Shown here in pieces: positions 62,251-64,000 of a stretch of 64,000 nt of DNA. The stretch is from Rhynchobatus australiae (Eukaryota). The DNA lies in assembly GCA_034780895.1 (NCBI GenBank), contig JAUZTB010000084.1:4863936-4927935 (forward strand). The letters are read 5' to 3'. The notes below the pieces were generated by a model. It did not search any database. It was not told where the DNA came from and worked only from the letters and a program-made list of their open reading frames with translations. The position numbers and the translations under genes were made by a program. Each line of letters starts with the position of its first letter. The stretch's first letter is position 1.

Positions 62251-64000
62251 GGCGGTCAACTGAGACGGAAACTCCTCTGAGAAATGAAAATAAATTCCAA
62301 AAGTGGACTGAAGAGGGTGGGGGGTGGGGGGGAGTGAATTTTAAGCAAAAAATGTTGCCAATAGCCAAAAATCATTTGGTGTTTCAAAGAAGCAGTAAGC
62401 CCATGGCTACTGTAAACAATCTCTGAAAGCAGGTGCCACAGTATTTGGTGATCCCCATTACCCAGTATTGTACCCGGCACCTATAGGAACCATGTAGAAA
62501 AAGATTGCAATATGTATAATATATAATCTTTTATTTAAAAAGACAATGAATGCAGATGTAGATACATAGTGATTTATAAAGTGCAGTGGACCCTGCACTC
62601 CTTGGTCCTTTTCATTTCTAGGGGGAAATCCAACCATTGCTCTCAAGGTAAGGATCTCCTCATTATCCTGACTGGGTCTCCTATGCAGAAATGCATTGAG
62701 AATAGCTCTTCCTCATTGGATCCCAAGCTCCATGCTATCTGACACTAAATCAATGGCCTCTCTGATTGTGGGGCTAGCAAGTTTGCTATATAGACCTCGT
62801 GAGGGGTTGGGCAGGGGGGAGTGGGAATCACTTTTTCAAAGTAGTAGCCCTTTCTGGGACAGAGCAGGGGATTTAAATTGAAGCGAAAACAAAAGCAGGG
62901 TAATCTGTTAGCCCCTGGAGAAAGGGGACTCTTCACATTTGTCCGTGAAGTCATTAAAACCTGGTACTTGCTTTTTCCTCGGTGTTACGTCCAGCATGAC
63001 CTTTTGGTTCACATTTCTGTGCTTTTTTTTAATGCATTGGATTTTTCTTCTGGATGCCAACAGGTGCAGGGAGAGGAGAGGGAACAGAAGCTTGACCCCC
63101 AATGCTGTTAATGTGAATGTTGAGATTTACTTCTGATGTACATCAAAAGATGACTTCTGGTCTGAGCCCAAACACTTCACTACATTCCTGATTTAAGTTT
63201 CCATTTCCTTTGCAACAGTGTAGCGAGTGATCTTATTGGGTGGACATGCATGGCTTTGGTCTGATTTGTGTTGATGTTTGTGTGGAACCCCAGAAAGATC
63301 TGCCTCCAGCATCCAGCATTCCCAGCCTCAGTCCTATTTGTAAATGGCAACTCCATGGCACCAGCATTTTGCAACCTCTTCCTGCTTCCTTCAATTTGGC
63401 AAACAACCAACAAAAAATAAAATAGTGGCCTTGGAATGGTGCAGTGGGGATCTGTGACCACTTAACAGTTTGCATAAATCACCTGCTATTTAATGACACA
63501 CCAACAGCTTGGAAAGCTAATGTTATGGCTGTCGTTACAGGCTGAAAGTTTAATCAAAGCTGGAAAGGGTTAAAGGTATTATTTCAGTAGCATTAAAAGA
63601 TATATTACATTCCTAATAGACTACTTTCAATGCTCTTAAACTTTGCGCAGGGAGTTCTGGTGCTCTAGCGAACTGTCAGTGAATATATAATATCTCTTTC
63701 CCTGGAAAACACATCTAAAGATGGAAGTTCTGGACTGCACTGAAATTAATCCAAAGAATGCTGCTGGGTGCTGTTTCCATTTCTGATTGCACTACATAAG
63801 GTAACTGATTTCAGAATAATAGTTTAGGACTTTACTTTTTTTTTCCCCAGGTGGTTTAATCTGCTGTGTACAAAATGATTTGTGGGATGCTCCTACTAAT
63901 TGTTAATGCACATGTTTCTTAGATTTGCAATATTCATATTTCTTTCTACTAATGTGAATTAAAAAAATCACTTTTTATAGCTCTTTTGGGTGTTTTTCTT

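Noticed and set aside
62251-64000. MALAT1/NEAT1-type triple helix or mascRNA downstream of FRMD8
   Set aside because: I found no U-rich/A-rich triple-helix motif with a tRNA-like element here. The region reads as ordinary FRMD8 3' UTR.

Overview
Vertebrate genomic DNA, most likely from a cartilaginous fish (shark or ray) judging by its repeat families, in a gapped draft assembly. Three genes are supported. (1) The last five coding exons (+ strand, 389-7353) of a TAM-family (TYRO3/AXL/MERTK-type) receptor tyrosine kinase with divergent signature motifs, possibly the fourth 'AXL-like' paralogue. (2) A 48-codon single-pass membrane micropeptide ORF (- strand, 22728-22874) whose C-terminal half closely matches the pTUNAR/BNLN peptide of the TUNAR/megamind 'lncRNA', but in a FRMD8-linked neighbourhood. 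(3) A complete FRMD8 (iTAP) gene (+ strand) with a CpG-island promoter at about 36.6-37.1 kb and ten coding exons at 42292-62250 (459 aa). The rest is mostly decayed CR1/L2, Rex1, Penelope-like (with hammerhead-like motifs), Gypsy, SINE and MITE sequence, plus a diverged ~85-bp tandem array and a (GA)n tract. Exon boundaries were read by eye, and homology calls rest on recalled sequences rather than database searches.
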